This document shows positions 1 through 12,644 of a stretch of 64,000 bases of DNA, in pieces. Location: assembly GCF_009914755.1 (NCBI RefSeq), contig NC_060942.1; one strand, written 5' to 3'. The translations under genes were made by a program, and so were the position numbers. How positions within the stretch are numbered: position 1 is the first letter of the stretch; every line of letters begins with the position of its first letter. The notes below the pieces were generated by a model, which saw only the letters and a program-made list of their open reading frames with translations, made no database searches and had not been told where the DNA came from. The DNA is from the human T2T-CHM13v2.0 reference genome, Homo sapiens.

Positions 1-200
1 AAGCAATTCTCCTGCCTCAACCTCCCGAGTAGCTGGGACTACAGACATGTGCCACCACATGTGGCTAAGTTTTTGTATTTTTAGTAGAGACAGGGTTTCA
101 CCGTGTTAGCCAGGATGGTCTCGATCTCCTAACCTTGTGATCTGCCTGCTTTGGCCTCCCATAGTGCTGGGATTAGAGGCGTGAGCCACCATGCCCAGCC
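1..200 (-). mobile_element. Alu (AluSc8/AluY-like), cut by window start
   Basis: Antisense Alu: ccgtgttagccaggatggtctcgatctcct...gtgagccaccatgcccagcc ending at 200. Confidence 0.93.
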
Positions 201-898
201 TAAGAGAGGTTATTTGAAATATATAATTCCATCTCTATTAATTTATCTCCTGTAAAAAGAGATTCCCTCTCCTTTTTCATGCCATAAAGGATCCAGACAG
301 CCACAAGGCTTAGCATGCAACACTGACAAAATGCACAAAAGAATCAAAATCGAATTAGGTAATCAAAAATGAAAACCAAGGTACTGCAATATGAAATAAT
401 GTAAATCATGCACAGCAAACCTATGTATAATAGAAATACCATGTTCCTGCCTGTTTCTCTAACCCACCAGTTATTCAGTCACAAGTAATTTACTCTTAGA
501 AAAAAAAAAGGGCCCCAAATTTGATTTATTTCCCCATCCAAGTAAATTTTAAAAGGCTGCCAAAGCTTTCTACATAAATCTCAAATATCTTCCCATATTG
601 TGGAGGAGAGAGAGAGAAAGAGAGAAAAGAGCTTATTATTTATGAAGCTAATCAGGCAGGCAGAGGAGGAGTTAGCTTTTAACTTTTTCATTTATTATTT
701 CCTCGGAGTTAATATTTCATTGAAAAGCAATCTATAAACAATATCTTTGGGAGCTTATACAGAAATGACTTAAAGATTTTTTACATTGTAAATGAGTACC
801 TCTTATTGCGTATATTCCATGCCCCACCATTTTTATTAGCAAGGTTATTTAAATAACAAAGAAAAAGTTCCAACTTTTAGTTATTTATTGGTTTAAGC

Positions 899-1237
899 CA
901 AGGATCAGCAAACATTTTCTGTGAAAGGCAAGATAGTGAATTGTATATATTTCTGGCTGTGGGCGCATGATCTCTGTTGCAACTACTCAGTGGTGCCTCT
1001 GTCGCAGGAAAGCAGCCATTAAAAGTATGTAAATAAATCAGTATGTTTGTGTCACAATAAAACTTTATTTATGGACACTGAAATCTGGATTGTATATAAT
1101 TGTATATAATTCTGTGTATCATGAAACATTGTTCTTTCCGTTTATTCAACTATTAAAATATGTAGTAAACCATTCTTAGCTCACTGCTGTACAGAAAGAG
1201 CTAGACTTGCCCTGGGGCCATAGTGTGCTTCTCTCTG
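899..1237 (+). mobile_element. MER58B hAT-Charlie MITE
   Basis: Matches recalled MER58 start (cagcaaacattttctgtgaaagg), gcaactactcag, aataaaactttatttatggacactgaaat and the ggggccatagtgtg end. Confidence 0.8.
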
Positions 1238-2066
1238 GTTAAACTGAATACCCTCATTGCAAGGATTTTGGTATCTATGGCCTCTCTCATAAACAAGTGA
1301 GCCTGTTTATGAACTAGTGAGCTCTCCCAGATAGTCTCCCACTTCATCCTTCTGTAGAATAGAAAAACAAAAAATGAAGGAAAGCAAAAGACACCTCTTA
1401 AATACTCTTTGATCTTGATCCTTGTTGAGTAGGTATAGTTCCACTTAAAAACCTATACACCAGTCCTTGATGCTTTTATCTTTTTAAAATAAACTATTAC
1501 TGTGCATGAACCCCCTTTGAAATGTATCATTTTCTGCCCTAGAGATGTTTGTATATGTGTCTTTTATTTGGATGTGAGAATGTGGTATGGTGTGTGAAAT
1601 ATGGCAATTACTGGATGTGATATAAAGTATTTGCTTATTTTCTTAAACATTGTAATATAAACATTTTTTGAATTCAAATGTCTTAACAGAATGATTCAGA
1701 TATTGCATTTTATGTAATAAGTTTCTGTATCAATTTTTCCTTACATTATAATTTTATGTGTTCATGATGCTAACCATTTGGATATTTGGAAGCATATGGA
1801 AGGTTGAATATTTCACTTTATATCCAGATGTTTGGTGTTATTCAATACTGATATATAGGAAAAGAATATGCTCAGCCATCTTTATTCAAGATTTTTTTTA
1901 ATTTCTTTATTGCCCATAAAAGTGATGATTTACAAATGTACAGGTATTATATAGGAGTTTGGTTAAATATATTTTATTGGTGTGAATGCCTAAATATGAT
2001 TTAGAATAAAATATCTATTCATATTTTAGAAACATTGAATCTGTAATTCTAGAGTTTTTATGATTT

Positions 2067-2279
2067 TATGTGTGTGTATGTGTGTGTATGTGTATATAGG
2101 CAGAGATCAATATGTGTATATATAATAGATATTTAAATACACATGTATAAATATATACATTGATCTTTACCTGCATACACACACACACATATATAAATAT
2201 ATACATATATATATGTTTGTGTGTGTATGTCTATGTGCTACACACACATATATATATATATACATATACACACACACAT
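2067..2279. repeat. Compound (TG)/(TA)/(CA) microsatellite region
   Basis: Alternating purine-pyrimidine tracts read directly. Confidence 0.9.
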
Positions 2280-3571
2280 CTGGCAGTTTTGGAATTGATC
2301 TCTGCCTGATTCTTATCTGTACCTTAGTTTATACATACTTTAAATATTATGAGTGTGCTCGAAAAAGCGAATGTGGAAACACTAAGTGAATGAAACTTTA
2401 TTTTTTGAGCTGGTAACTATTGTGAGGATTCCCTCACTTGCCTACTGTAACAACCAATCCAGGGCTTTCTGCTCAAAAAAGAACTTCATCCTTAGAGCTA
2501 TCATGAAATTATATGGTGATATTCACTTCGCGGTGGGTTTTACATTAAATGAGAAAATGTGTGTGACCAGTGCTTTGTAAATTGAAAAATGCTATACGCC
2601 CATTAGCTGTTACCTGTTCAACTTCACTGAAACTCCTCAATCCATTTTTCTCCATCTTATTTCAGAAGCTATTTCTAAATCAGAGGATAAGTGTTTTTAT
2701 CACTGGCTTTTCTTTTAGTAGCCCATGGATGCATTCCAATTTTATTATTTCACAAGTGTTAATTAAGAATGGTTAATTGTCTGCTATCCTTAGCCCTACA
2801 TTAAAGTGCTGTACAGAAGACAGAGACATAGCAAAGTACAGACTCTCAGGAGACTGACATCTAGTTAGGGAAATAAAAACAATCTAGTTAGGGAAATAAA
2901 CACACCAAAAATGCATTGGTACAAAATGGGATGGTGTTGAGCACAAGTTCACTAAGCTCTCAGAGGAGGGATACTGAGTATGGCAAAATCAGATTCACTG
3001 GTGAGTTAGGATTTTACCTTGGCCCTAAAGGAGGGGAAGAGTTTTGGAAAGTGCTATATGAACCGACATTCTTTAATTAGTAATTTGGCACATTCTCCTG
3101 AAACGGTCTCTTGTTAAGGTAACAGACATGAATTTTATATGGAGCTAAATGTCTAAGTCAGCCTTTCTGACAATCAACATTCATGGGTCCCAGATTCCTT
3201 ACTTTATATATAAAGGGATTAGATGACTTGTATCAAACCACTGTTCTTACTTTATTTAGCCACATAGAGTTTGTTTAATATTTAATTTAATGGAAAATAG
3301 CAAATAGAAATGACCTTGCCAAGTTTCCAAGAAATGAAGAGTGGTCAATCATCATGTTAACTTTCAGTTTCCTTTTCACCTTTTTGTGAACAAAATAACA
3401 ATATTCAGTTTTGCATCTCCAAACACTGTTGCCGCACACTATGATTTATATACGAGTATGATTAGGAAAAAATGAAGAGTTGAATATTGTCAGTTGTATG
3501 AAAAAATGGTGTGAGCTTTATGTCTATCTGAACATATTAGAGCACATAAAAAGAACAATTTTAATCATTTT

Positions 3572-3721
3572 CTTTATTTTTTTATTTTTATTTTTTATTT
3601 TTGTAGGGACAGAGTCTCACCATCTTGCTTAGGCTGGTCTCAAACTCCTGGGCTTAAGTGATCCTTCTGCCTCAGCCCCCTAAAGTGCTGGGATTACAGG
3701 TGTGAGCCACCGCACCTGGCG
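3572..3721 (-). mobile_element. FLAM_C / free left Alu monomer
   Basis: Single antisense left monomer with T-rich tail; 11-bp TSD ttaatcatttt at 3561-3571 and 3722-3732. Confidence 0.88.
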
Positions 3722-5439
3722 TTAATCATTTTATTGAAACAACAGCAGAAAAATTGACTTCTGAAGTTAGCATCTGCTATGCATCCATTAGAGACTTACA
3801 TTAAACATTAGGACAAAACTCTGATACTTTTTGACCAGTTCAAATATCAGTTCATAAAAATGAAATTCATCATCTCTCCGTTAGGTAGAAGTGGCAATTT
3901 TCATCACATCCTCAGTAATTAAAAAGTGTCTACACAATGGGAAAAGGAAGGAAGTCAAGATTGGCTATCTAAAGCTGGGTCTATCTGGATAATCAAAGCT
4001 ACATGTAAATATTAGTTTTTTGATGCTGACTTTTATTTTACAATAAATAAAATTACAGCCATCACTACTGTCAACTCATAAACATAGGTATTAGAAGAAA
4101 TAAAACCCTCTTCAACTCTTGTCAGAATCTATAAGTATGAAAACATACACCATGTTTTTTAAACACTAATTGACACCAGAGACAATTTGCCAAATTCCTG
4201 CTCGAGCGTTTCATTCAAATCTGAAGGAGGGATGTGTCTAAATATTAGTATGAACTCTGCGGTGTCTTACATCTTGTATGAAACATTCCATCTTCAGCAG
4301 GCACACATAAGGATGGGAAAAATGATCTTTTGACATAAAGTTTTGGAATCTTTCAGGAACACTAAGTTTAAGGTCAGTTGTTTCCTAGTGACTGTGCCTT
4401 GGTGACTATGCCTTTTTGCATTTGTATACAATTAAAAGGGCCACTTGTCATTAAATAGAGTATACACAGCTTTTCTATATTGCTTTAAAAATTATGCAGG
4501 TAGATTTTTCCCTGGAACTATATAGAACCCTATCTTTAAAGTAGTCTCCTCGGAACTGCATTGTATTAGCACTTCCTGTTTCCTGGTGTCTTATTTAATA
4601 GTTTCTATTTAGCACATCTAATTGAAATCTGTTGTCTGTCATTTGGCCAAAGCCAGGAATGCCCCTTAGTAGGGTTCTGTGCCAAAATCCCTGAGTCTCA
4701 CCCACTGTGTTCTAGTCAATTGACTTGCAAAAGCAAAGCTTTGGGAACTTATGTAGAAAAGTAGGTCACCGGTCCAATATAGCATTCCTAATAGTAAAAA
4801 GTAGAAGCATGTTGCTGGTTGTTACATTTCATGCCAATTTTCATCCAGTTCAAATTATGGCACTCTTCTATGTTTCTTGTGACCTGCTTTAAATTAAAGA
4901 TGCTTACTAATAGTATAGATTCTGTACCATTTTAAAGTCTTCTCCTTGGATTTTCTTGTCTTCCTCAAAGGATTCAGGGTTCCAAAAGTAAAAGATGACA
5001 ATAAATGTAGAAGAGGTCTATGAGAGAATAGATTCTCCATTTACATACATGTGCATATTATTTGCTTTATAGTCATTGTTCTAACTTTCAGAGAGATGAA
5101 GTTATTTTGAAAGAAATTACTGGGCTGAGAATCCCTAGCTCTTCTTTAAGTTTGTTAAATGTGTGGTCCTCTTGTTCAGATTTAAAGTTCTTAAGCATGC
5201 ACTAATAGTCATCGTGTTTTCCTCATGTTTTCAACTGTGGCAGTAAGAAGTAATATATACCTAATCTCATAATTTTGTCCTCTAGGTTTTGAAAGACATT
5301 TTGACAAATTACATGTGCATTTTAAATAGGTTTCTTCAAACAGAAATTTTAAGAATAAGTAACTTCAGTAATAGAAGGAAACAACTCTTCCAAATTTAGA
5401 TGTCTCTTCTTTCATTGATCTTTGGGCCCAGGGTATGGG

Positions 5440-5617
5440 ATATCTTTTATTATAATATTGGGGGGGGGGTGTTAAAATGCCTCTTTCAGCACTTGATGAC
5501 AGTTGGAGAGTCACTTAAGTAAAATTTACCTGTATACAAATACATAAAATTTCAAGGATTTCATGGAACTCATGAAGACTATTCAGGACCATGGAACCCA
5601 GTAGGAGGAGCTCTTTG
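5440..5617. mobile_element. MER117-like hAT MITE, degraded
   Basis: catAaaatttcaaggatttcatggaactcatgaag...ccatggaacccag resembles recalled MER117. Confidence 0.45.
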
Positions 5618-5999
5618 TAGTCTAGAGAGAATAAAAATCTCTGTACATGAGCGCAGATTGCTTAGGCGGCCTTACATCAAAATGGGTACCTAGAGTGTGT
5701 TGCTGGAGAGTAATACTGACTTCAGTAGAAGCCAAGAAGCTGATCTCTCACACTGCTTGCGAAAGGGAAGCATGTTGAAATTAGAGGGAAATGTAAAATG
5801 TGTAAGGGACTAAGAAGGAGGTCTTGCTTGGGAAGAAGCTGGACCTAGTTGAACAAATTGTCTAGCTGGAGGAACTGCAGTGTAAGACTTCTCTTCTAAC
5901 CTGGACCTCACTGGATTCTATGTACTTTTAAACATTTATATTTTTTCAAAACAAATAAAACCCTGTCTCTGTTCTATTTGAGCATGGTTAAAAATGATA

Positions 6000-6952
6000 A
6001 TGTGTCACATTTTCTTTATCCAGTCTATCACTGATGGGCATTTGGGTTGGTTCCAAGTCTTTGCTATTGTGAATGGTGCTGCAGTAAACATACGTGTGCA
6101 TGTGTCTTTATAGTAGAATGATTTATAATCCTTTGGGTGTATACCCAGTAACGGGATTGCTGGATCAAATGGTATTTATTGTTCTAGATCCTTGAGGAAT
6201 CGCCACACTGTCTTCCACAATGGTTGAACTAATTTACACTCCCACCAACAGTGTAAAAGTGTTCCTATTTCTCCACATCCTCTCCAGCATCTGTTGTTTC
6301 CTGACTTTTTAATGATCGCCATTCTAACTGGCATGAGATGGTATCTCATTGTGGTTTTGATTTGCTTTTCTCTAATGACGAGTGATAATGAGCTCTTTTT
6401 CATATGTTTGTTGGCTGCAAAAATGTCTTCTTTTGAGAAGTGTCTCTTCATATCCTTTGACCACTTTTTGATGGGGTTGTTTTTTTCTTGTAAATTTGTT
6501 TAAGTTCTTTGTAGATTCTGGATATTAGTCCTTTGTCAGATGGATAGATTGCAAAAATTTTCTCCCGTTCTGTAGGTTGTCTGTTCACTCTGATGATTGT
6601 TTCTTTTGCTATGAAGAAGCTCTTTAGTTTAATTAGATCCCATTTGTCAATTTTGGCTTTTGTTGCCATTGCTTTTGGTGTTTTAGTCATGAAGTCTTTG
6701 CCCATGCCTATGTCCTCAATGGTATTGCCTAGGTTTTCTTTGAGGGTTTGTATGGTTTTAGGTCTTATGTTTAAGTCTTAAATCCATCTTGAGTTAGCAT
6801 TTGTATAAGGTATAAGGAAAGAGTCCAGTTTCAGTTTTCTGCATATGGCTAGCCAGTTTTCCCAACACCATTTATTAAATAGGGAATCCTTTCCCCATTG
6901 CTTATTTTTGTCAGGTTTGTCAAAGATCAGATCGTTTTAGATGGGTGGCATT
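6000..6952 (-). mobile_element. L1PA7-like element, inverted 5' segment (ORF2 3' part)
   Basis: Minus-strand frames encode L1 ORF2p ([30 protein letters not shown]; [27 protein letters not shown]), frameshifted. Confidence 0.95.
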
Positions 6953-6953
6953 G

Positions 6954-7318
6954 CACCATGGAATACTATGCAGCCGTAAAAAAAGATGAGTCCATGTCCT
7001 TTGCAGGGACATGGATGAAACTGGAAACCATAATTCTCAGCAAACTAACATAGGAACAGAAAAACAAACACCATGTGTTCTCATTCGTAAGTGGGAGTTG
7101 AACAATGAGAATACATGGACACAGGGAGGGGAACATCATCACACGCCGGGGCCTATCAGGGGTTGGGAGGCTAGGGGAGGGATAGCATTAGGAGAAATAC
7201 CTAATGTAGATGAGGGGTTGATGGGTGCAGCAAACCACCATGGCACATGCATACCTATGTAACAAACCTGCACGTTCTGCACATGTATTCCAGAACTTAA
7301 AGAATAATAAACAAAAAT
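6954..7318 (+). mobile_element. L1PA7-like element, sense 3' segment with A-rich tail
   Basis: caccatggaatactatgcagcc...ggtgcagcaaaccaccatggcac...cagaacttaaagaataataaac; PA7/PA8-type 3' UTR. Confidence 0.93.
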
Positions 7319-8177
7319 TGAAATTTGGACATTTAATGTAAACTGACCCAGGTCACGTTGCAAACCACAGATGGTGGTAGTTTTATACCAATTTTGTATA
7401 TACCTTTATGTGATAAAAATTAAAATTTTAAATTTAAAAAAATGATATTGGGGCTACAGCAGCTTTTTGAGAAGGCTGGAATTGGGAAAACAAAATTCAC
7501 GAGACTGAAGAAGGCCTAAAAAATGACTTCAGACTCTTTGGGGTACAGCAAAGAAGGAGTTTGAAGCTATGAGCTCCCTGTGCAGGGCAAAGTAAAATGG
7601 TTTATTTGGGCTTGCCATTAATACGCTGTAGAAATTTGGATTCAACCTAGCTTGGATACATTTGACAACTATATGACGTACCATAAAAATGGATGAAGTT
7701 ATAAACAAGCTATATGATAAAACTTCTAGAATGCCTAAACCCATGTAATAGCATAGCAGCAAAAAGCAGGGACTTTTCATGCATTTATAGTGAAGTTAGG
7801 TTAAGAATATCGTTAACTTTTATAAAATACCTAGGACAGTAATACTTAAGTACCGATTGTTATTAAAATTATATTGGACCCTATGAAGCGGTGATATCCA
7901 GCTGTGTTTTAACACAAAATTATAATTTCATAAAGCTCAACTTAACATTCCTTGACAGAGCTAAGTTTTAATTATCCTTCCAAACTTTATAGGTATATAC
8001 CTAGAAATATTTTAGAAACCAATTTGATATGGTCATTCAAATATTCATTAAGTTGATAAATTTATTAAATTAATAAATATAAATTTTATCTCTTAATAAG
8101 ACAGGTCTACCAAGTCACATCATCTTTAGCCATTATTATAAGTGCTGCCTTGTGTGAAAATGATCAAAATGGCAGGA

Positions 8178-8325
8178 AAATGTAGTGTGGTGGGAACAGA
8201 ATGGACCCTGGAGCCGTACTGCCATGGCTGACATCCTGGCTCCATCATTTGCCAGCTGTATGAATTCAGGCTTAGCCTCTACTCAACTTCTCTGTGTCAC
8301 AGGTTGCTCTTATTTAAAACAGAAG
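8178..8325 (+). mobile_element. MIR 5' part
   Basis: tagtgtggtgg...ctggagcc...atcctggctccatcatttgccagctgtatga MIR core. Confidence 0.65.
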
Positions 8326-8344
8326 TGAGGTCTCAAACTCGTGG

Positions 8345-8619
8345 TCTCAGAAACAGAAAGACAAATACCACATGTTTTCACTTACAAATGGGAGTTAAAT
8401 AATGTGTATGCGTCAACACAGAGTATGGAATGATAGACAACAGAGATTCTAAAGCAGGGATGAAAGGAGGATGAGTGATGAGAAATTACTTCGGTACAAA
8501 TGTACATTATTTCCATGATGGGTACACTACAAGCCCAGACTTTACTACTAAGCAGTATGTCCATGCACTTGTACCCCTTAAATTTATGCAAAATAAGCAG
8601 TATTGAGCTTAAAAAAAAA
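8345..8619 (+). mobile_element. L1PB4/L1MA-like 3' end
   Basis: cagaaagacaaataccacatgttttcactt...agcccagactttactacta...cacttgtaccccttaaattt, A-tail; degenerate TSD aaaacagaagtgagg / aaaacagagaggtgagg. Confidence 0.8.
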
Positions 8620-8644
8620 CAGAGAGGTGAGGGAATTCCTTTAT

Positions 8645-9215
8645 CAGGATGGAGCAGTTCTGTACTTTGACTGTGATGATAACTATTCAAATTTATACTT
8701 GTGATAAAATGTCACAGAACTTTATATGCATGCACACACACAGAGCACCTACAAAACTGATGAAATCTGACTAAAGTCTGTAGTTTAGTTTGTCATATTG
8801 TGCAAATATCAATTTTTTGGTTTTCATAATGGTTTGTTTGGCTAATGACAGTTCTTTAACTGGTTTAGTACTTGGGGGGTGCACTGAGTGATGGGTAGAC
8901 AAGGTCTCACTGTATAGTTTTTCTAAATTCTTTTGAGTTTATATTTGAAAATAAAAAGTTAGAAAACTACACTTATCTTATGAGGCAGCCGTCCTATTCT
9001 TAGTTATTTTCCTTAGAAAAATAAAAACATATGCTCTCACAAAAAAAGCTACACAAATGTCTACAGCTGTTCTAATCATAATCACTCCAAACTAGAAACA
9101 ACCAAGATATCTTTCAACAAATGAATGAAATAAATGGATAAACAAACTGATACATCCAATGTATTATTCTTTAGCAGTAAAAAAAGAAACAAACTATTGC
9201 CATAAGCAACAACTA
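8645..9215 (+). mobile_element. Old L1M (L1MC/MD-like) fragments
   Basis: 3' UTR end (tgtgataaaat...acagaact...aaaataaaaagtta) followed by ORF2-end sequence (ccaaactagaaacaaccaag...aatggataaacaaactg). Confidence 0.7.
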
Positions 9216-9235
9216 AAAAACAAAAGATAAAAATG

Positions 9236-9350
9236 AAAAAATGGTGACTCTTTACAGAGTTGTTAAATGAGCTTTTATACAGATATATGAAGTTCCTCTA
9301 ATAGAGACCAGCATGCAGTGTGTGCTTCATAAGTGCTTGCTATTATTATT
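9236..9350 (+). mobile_element. MIR 3' part
   Basis: cagagttgttaaatgag...gtgcttcataagtgcttgctattattatt. Confidence 0.6.
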
Positions 9351-10019
9351 TCTTCAAAAAAATAATTGATACTTCAGGATTCTAATAAATATTATTTTTT
9401 TTCGTAACTTGGACAAATTAAAGAGTATAATTCTGTGAGTTTCATATGTTTACTATATGTCACTATGTGTGTGTGCTTACACACACACACCCCCACACTT
9501 CTCATTTAGATGTACCCGTAGACAAAAAGCACAGGTGAGCTGCGAGAATTCAGCAGTGAACGTGCAAGGTGTGGTCTCTGCAACTATAGAACTTCCACTC
9601 TAGAATGATATTTTTTTAAATGCCTAAGTTTAAATTTTTCAAATAAGTGCTTAAAATTATTCCAATTTATTACAGTTTTTAAAAATTACACTAATTATGG
9701 GATTGTCTTGTGCATTAGAAATACTATGATTTAAAAATATATTTGTTTGTATATATATCTCCCATTGATTGAGATACAGGACTAACACTTACCATACGTG
9801 CTGACTGTGTAAAGTCAGCTTTTATAATGGAGTTGTTATATTTTGAAGAACATGCTTTGAATCATTGATAAGTCTGTGTAATAACAAGATAGATCATAAC
9901 AGGATTTACCGGATGTTTATTGCCAGCTACATAGCCGTCCAGCACTTTGCCATCAATCTGTACTGTGTGTGAAGCACTGGGCTGGATAAAAGAGGAACAC
10001 AACGCATTTCAGCCCAAGC

Positions 10020-10235
10020 TATGGAGTAAGACACACCTGGGTCTATTTCCTAGTATTGTCGCTTGCTAGGTGTATAGATTTGCACAAATTATTCAACTTG
10101 CATGCTCCTCCATTTCTTCCCTTATAAAGTGAGCACAGTCTTAATGATCAACCTCACAGAGTTAACAGTGAAGGAAAAAACTTGTCACATGACCGGGCAC
10201 ATCTAAAGTGCTCAATAAATCTTAGCTATCTTTAT
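10020..10235 (+). mobile_element. MIR
   Basis: tggagtaagacacacctggg...acctcacagagtt...aagtgctcaataaatcttagctat. Confidence 0.7.
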
Positions 10236-11859
10236 TGCTATGTATACTAAAATTATTTGAGGGAAACATGACTTAGAGATTTAATGATGAAGAAATAAAA
10301 AGTGGTGGAAAATTACATACTCTATACTCCTATGTAGAAGCTTGTGTTGAAGGGAGTCTCAAATATATTATAGGATACTTGCATTAACTTCACAGGCAAT
10401 ATGGAACTTCCTCTAGGGCTTCAAGTACTGTAAGGTTTCCGATGTTTATCTAGTGACTACTACAATTCTGGCATTATGCTAAAAGGGGAATGATATGAGA
10501 AAAATGTGATGACTGAGTAAGGTGGGGTGGAGTTGGTGTACCAGGGATAAGTAGATTAGCATTAACCATTTATGTTATAGCTAGAGAAAGAAATGTGGGC
10601 TATGAAAAATATAAAGGCAATGTGTATTACATATCACTGCTATTTGTATTTCCCAATATAAAGGGATTAAGTGCAATTTGAATTATATATATGTATACTC
10701 AAAATAAGTTAGAGAATACCCATTTGTTTATAATCTTAAAGTCGTAGTTGAATTCAAAGAAGAAAAATAAAATGGAGAAAGTACACTGGATTAGGAGTCA
10801 AAATACTGGGATCCTAGTATGAGTGAACTAGTTAATCTCTTATTTAAGGTATCTAGCTCCCTCAGTTATATATAGACACATTGGACATTATTAATTTAAT
10901 GTTATTTATTAAGCGCATTTTATTTAAATAATTCAAACTGCAAGCTGCCTAGAGCTAGCAAATCTCTAACGGCCTGACAGGTAGTTTGAAGTAGCCGTAA
11001 TTACACACATTCTGCCTATTGGATTATCTGCTGTGGCTTGCTTGATGGCTTAAAAATGAACATTAAATGGCACTTAAATCAAAATTCCCAGTGGCCTTCT
11101 TAGGTGGAAGCAGATGCTTCTCCCGTTTATATAGAAATATTTAGATACAGGAAGCAAAGGAGATGTATAGTTTAAAATGTCAAGTTGATTTGACATGTTT
11201 CTGGGTTTGTTGGTTTTGCATGAAACTTTAATGTTAAACAAGCTTTAAATAAATCATCTCTTGGTATTTGAGGGGGAAGATGTACTATAAATATATTGAT
11301 TCCTTTTAGTAAAATGGTTTATGGGTTCATTAGCAATGATGCTGCAATAACAACAATTTTTAGGGAATATCAAAAGTGAAAACAAACCTGTTAGCATAAT
11401 TTTCACATTTGTAGAAACTGTTTTGTGTCATATTATGATGTTTAGAATGGATTTAGAAACTTGAGCCTAAGCAGCAGTTTGGTCTCATGATACTAAATTC
11501 ACTTTAATATGTGACATAAAGTTGATATTTTTAAAAGATTTGGTAGACATGAGCTTGTGTTTTTGGGGCAATAATGATCATTATTTTGCTGAATTCCTTT
11601 CCGTTATTCTGTTTCTTTCTGTACTGTACAGTTCAGGAAGTTAATCCTCAAAGGTTTGGTATCATTGTTTTATTAATTTTTTTGGTCAGAGAATAAGACT
11701 AATTAGTTTTTCTAGCTGGCTGTGTCATGCTAAGAGGTTTTAGCTTACTTTAGGGGTTATAATTTGATCTATAGGATAAGGAAATCTATATGGATGAGTA
11801 ATTTTGAAATGCACATTCTTTCCTTCTTTTATTGACTTTTGACTCTGTTTTTATGCCAC

Positions 11860-12060
11860 GATTAGTTACAAGGTGCACAAAAACTTTTTCTAGCTTGAGT
11901 AAAAAATGCATTTTATTTGAAAGGCACTAGAAAATCTGAGGAACATAAACCAGAGCTCTGCCAGGAACATGACTCAGCTCCCCAAACTCCAATGTGTGGA
12001 GTCTTATTTGAAAATTCAAAATATTCAGATGGAGGAATCTGACAGAGAAAGAGAGAGAAG
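11860..12060 (-). mobile_element. Old MLT1-like MaLR LTR fragment
   Basis: ttagttacaag...tctagcttgagtaaaaaatgcattttatttgaaagg and gaggaatctga resemble antisense MLT1 end. Confidence 0.35.
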
Positions 12061-12176
12061 GAGTGGTGACTATGAGGAGGGGTCAGAGAGTAGCCTCTAT
12101 GGGTGGGGGAATCACCCTATATATATTACGGGTAACTTCCAGAGAAAAGGGCAAGCATGGGTCAGTGTTTCTATTG

Positions 12177-12644
12177 TTTTTTTTTTTTTTTTTTTTTTTT
12201 TTTTATTATACTCTAAGTTTTAGGGTACATGTGCACATTGTGCAGGTTAGTTACATATGTATACATGTGCCATGCTGGTGCGCTGCACCCACTAATGTGT
12301 CATCTAGCATTAGGTATATCTCCCAATGCTATCCCTCCCCCCTCCCCCCACCCCACCACAGTCCCCAGAGTGTGATATTCCCCTTCCTGTGTCCATGTGA
12401 TCTCATTGTTCAATTCCCACCTATGAGTGAGAATATGCGGTGTTTGGTTTTTTGTTCTTGCGATAGTTTACTGAGAATGATGGTTTCCAATTTCATCCAT
12501 GTCCCTACAAAGGACATGAACTCATCATTTTTTATGGCTGCATAGTATTCCATGGTGTATATGTGCCACATTTTCTTAATCCAGTCTATCATTGTTGGAC
12601 ATTTGGGTTGGTTCCAAGTCTTTGCTATTGTGAATAGTGCCGCA
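12177..12644 (-). mobile_element. L1HS-Ta, 5'-truncated (~440 nt plus T28)
   Basis: ORF2p C-terminus ...KTKHRIFSLIGGN*; Ta diagnostic ACA (tgt at 12296-12298) and 3' UTR G (c at 12213); perfect TSD cagtgtttctattgtt at 12163-12178 and 12643-12658. Confidence 0.96.

Noticed and set aside
10930-11100. Repeat-free stretches that look like conserved non-coding elements (also ~23600-23900, 38400-38900, 46600-46900)
   Set aside because: Conservation cannot be judged from a single sequence; impression only.
12063-12545. 160-aa ORF with poly-Phe
   Set aside because: Antisense read-through of the L1HS poly-T tail and 3' UTR.
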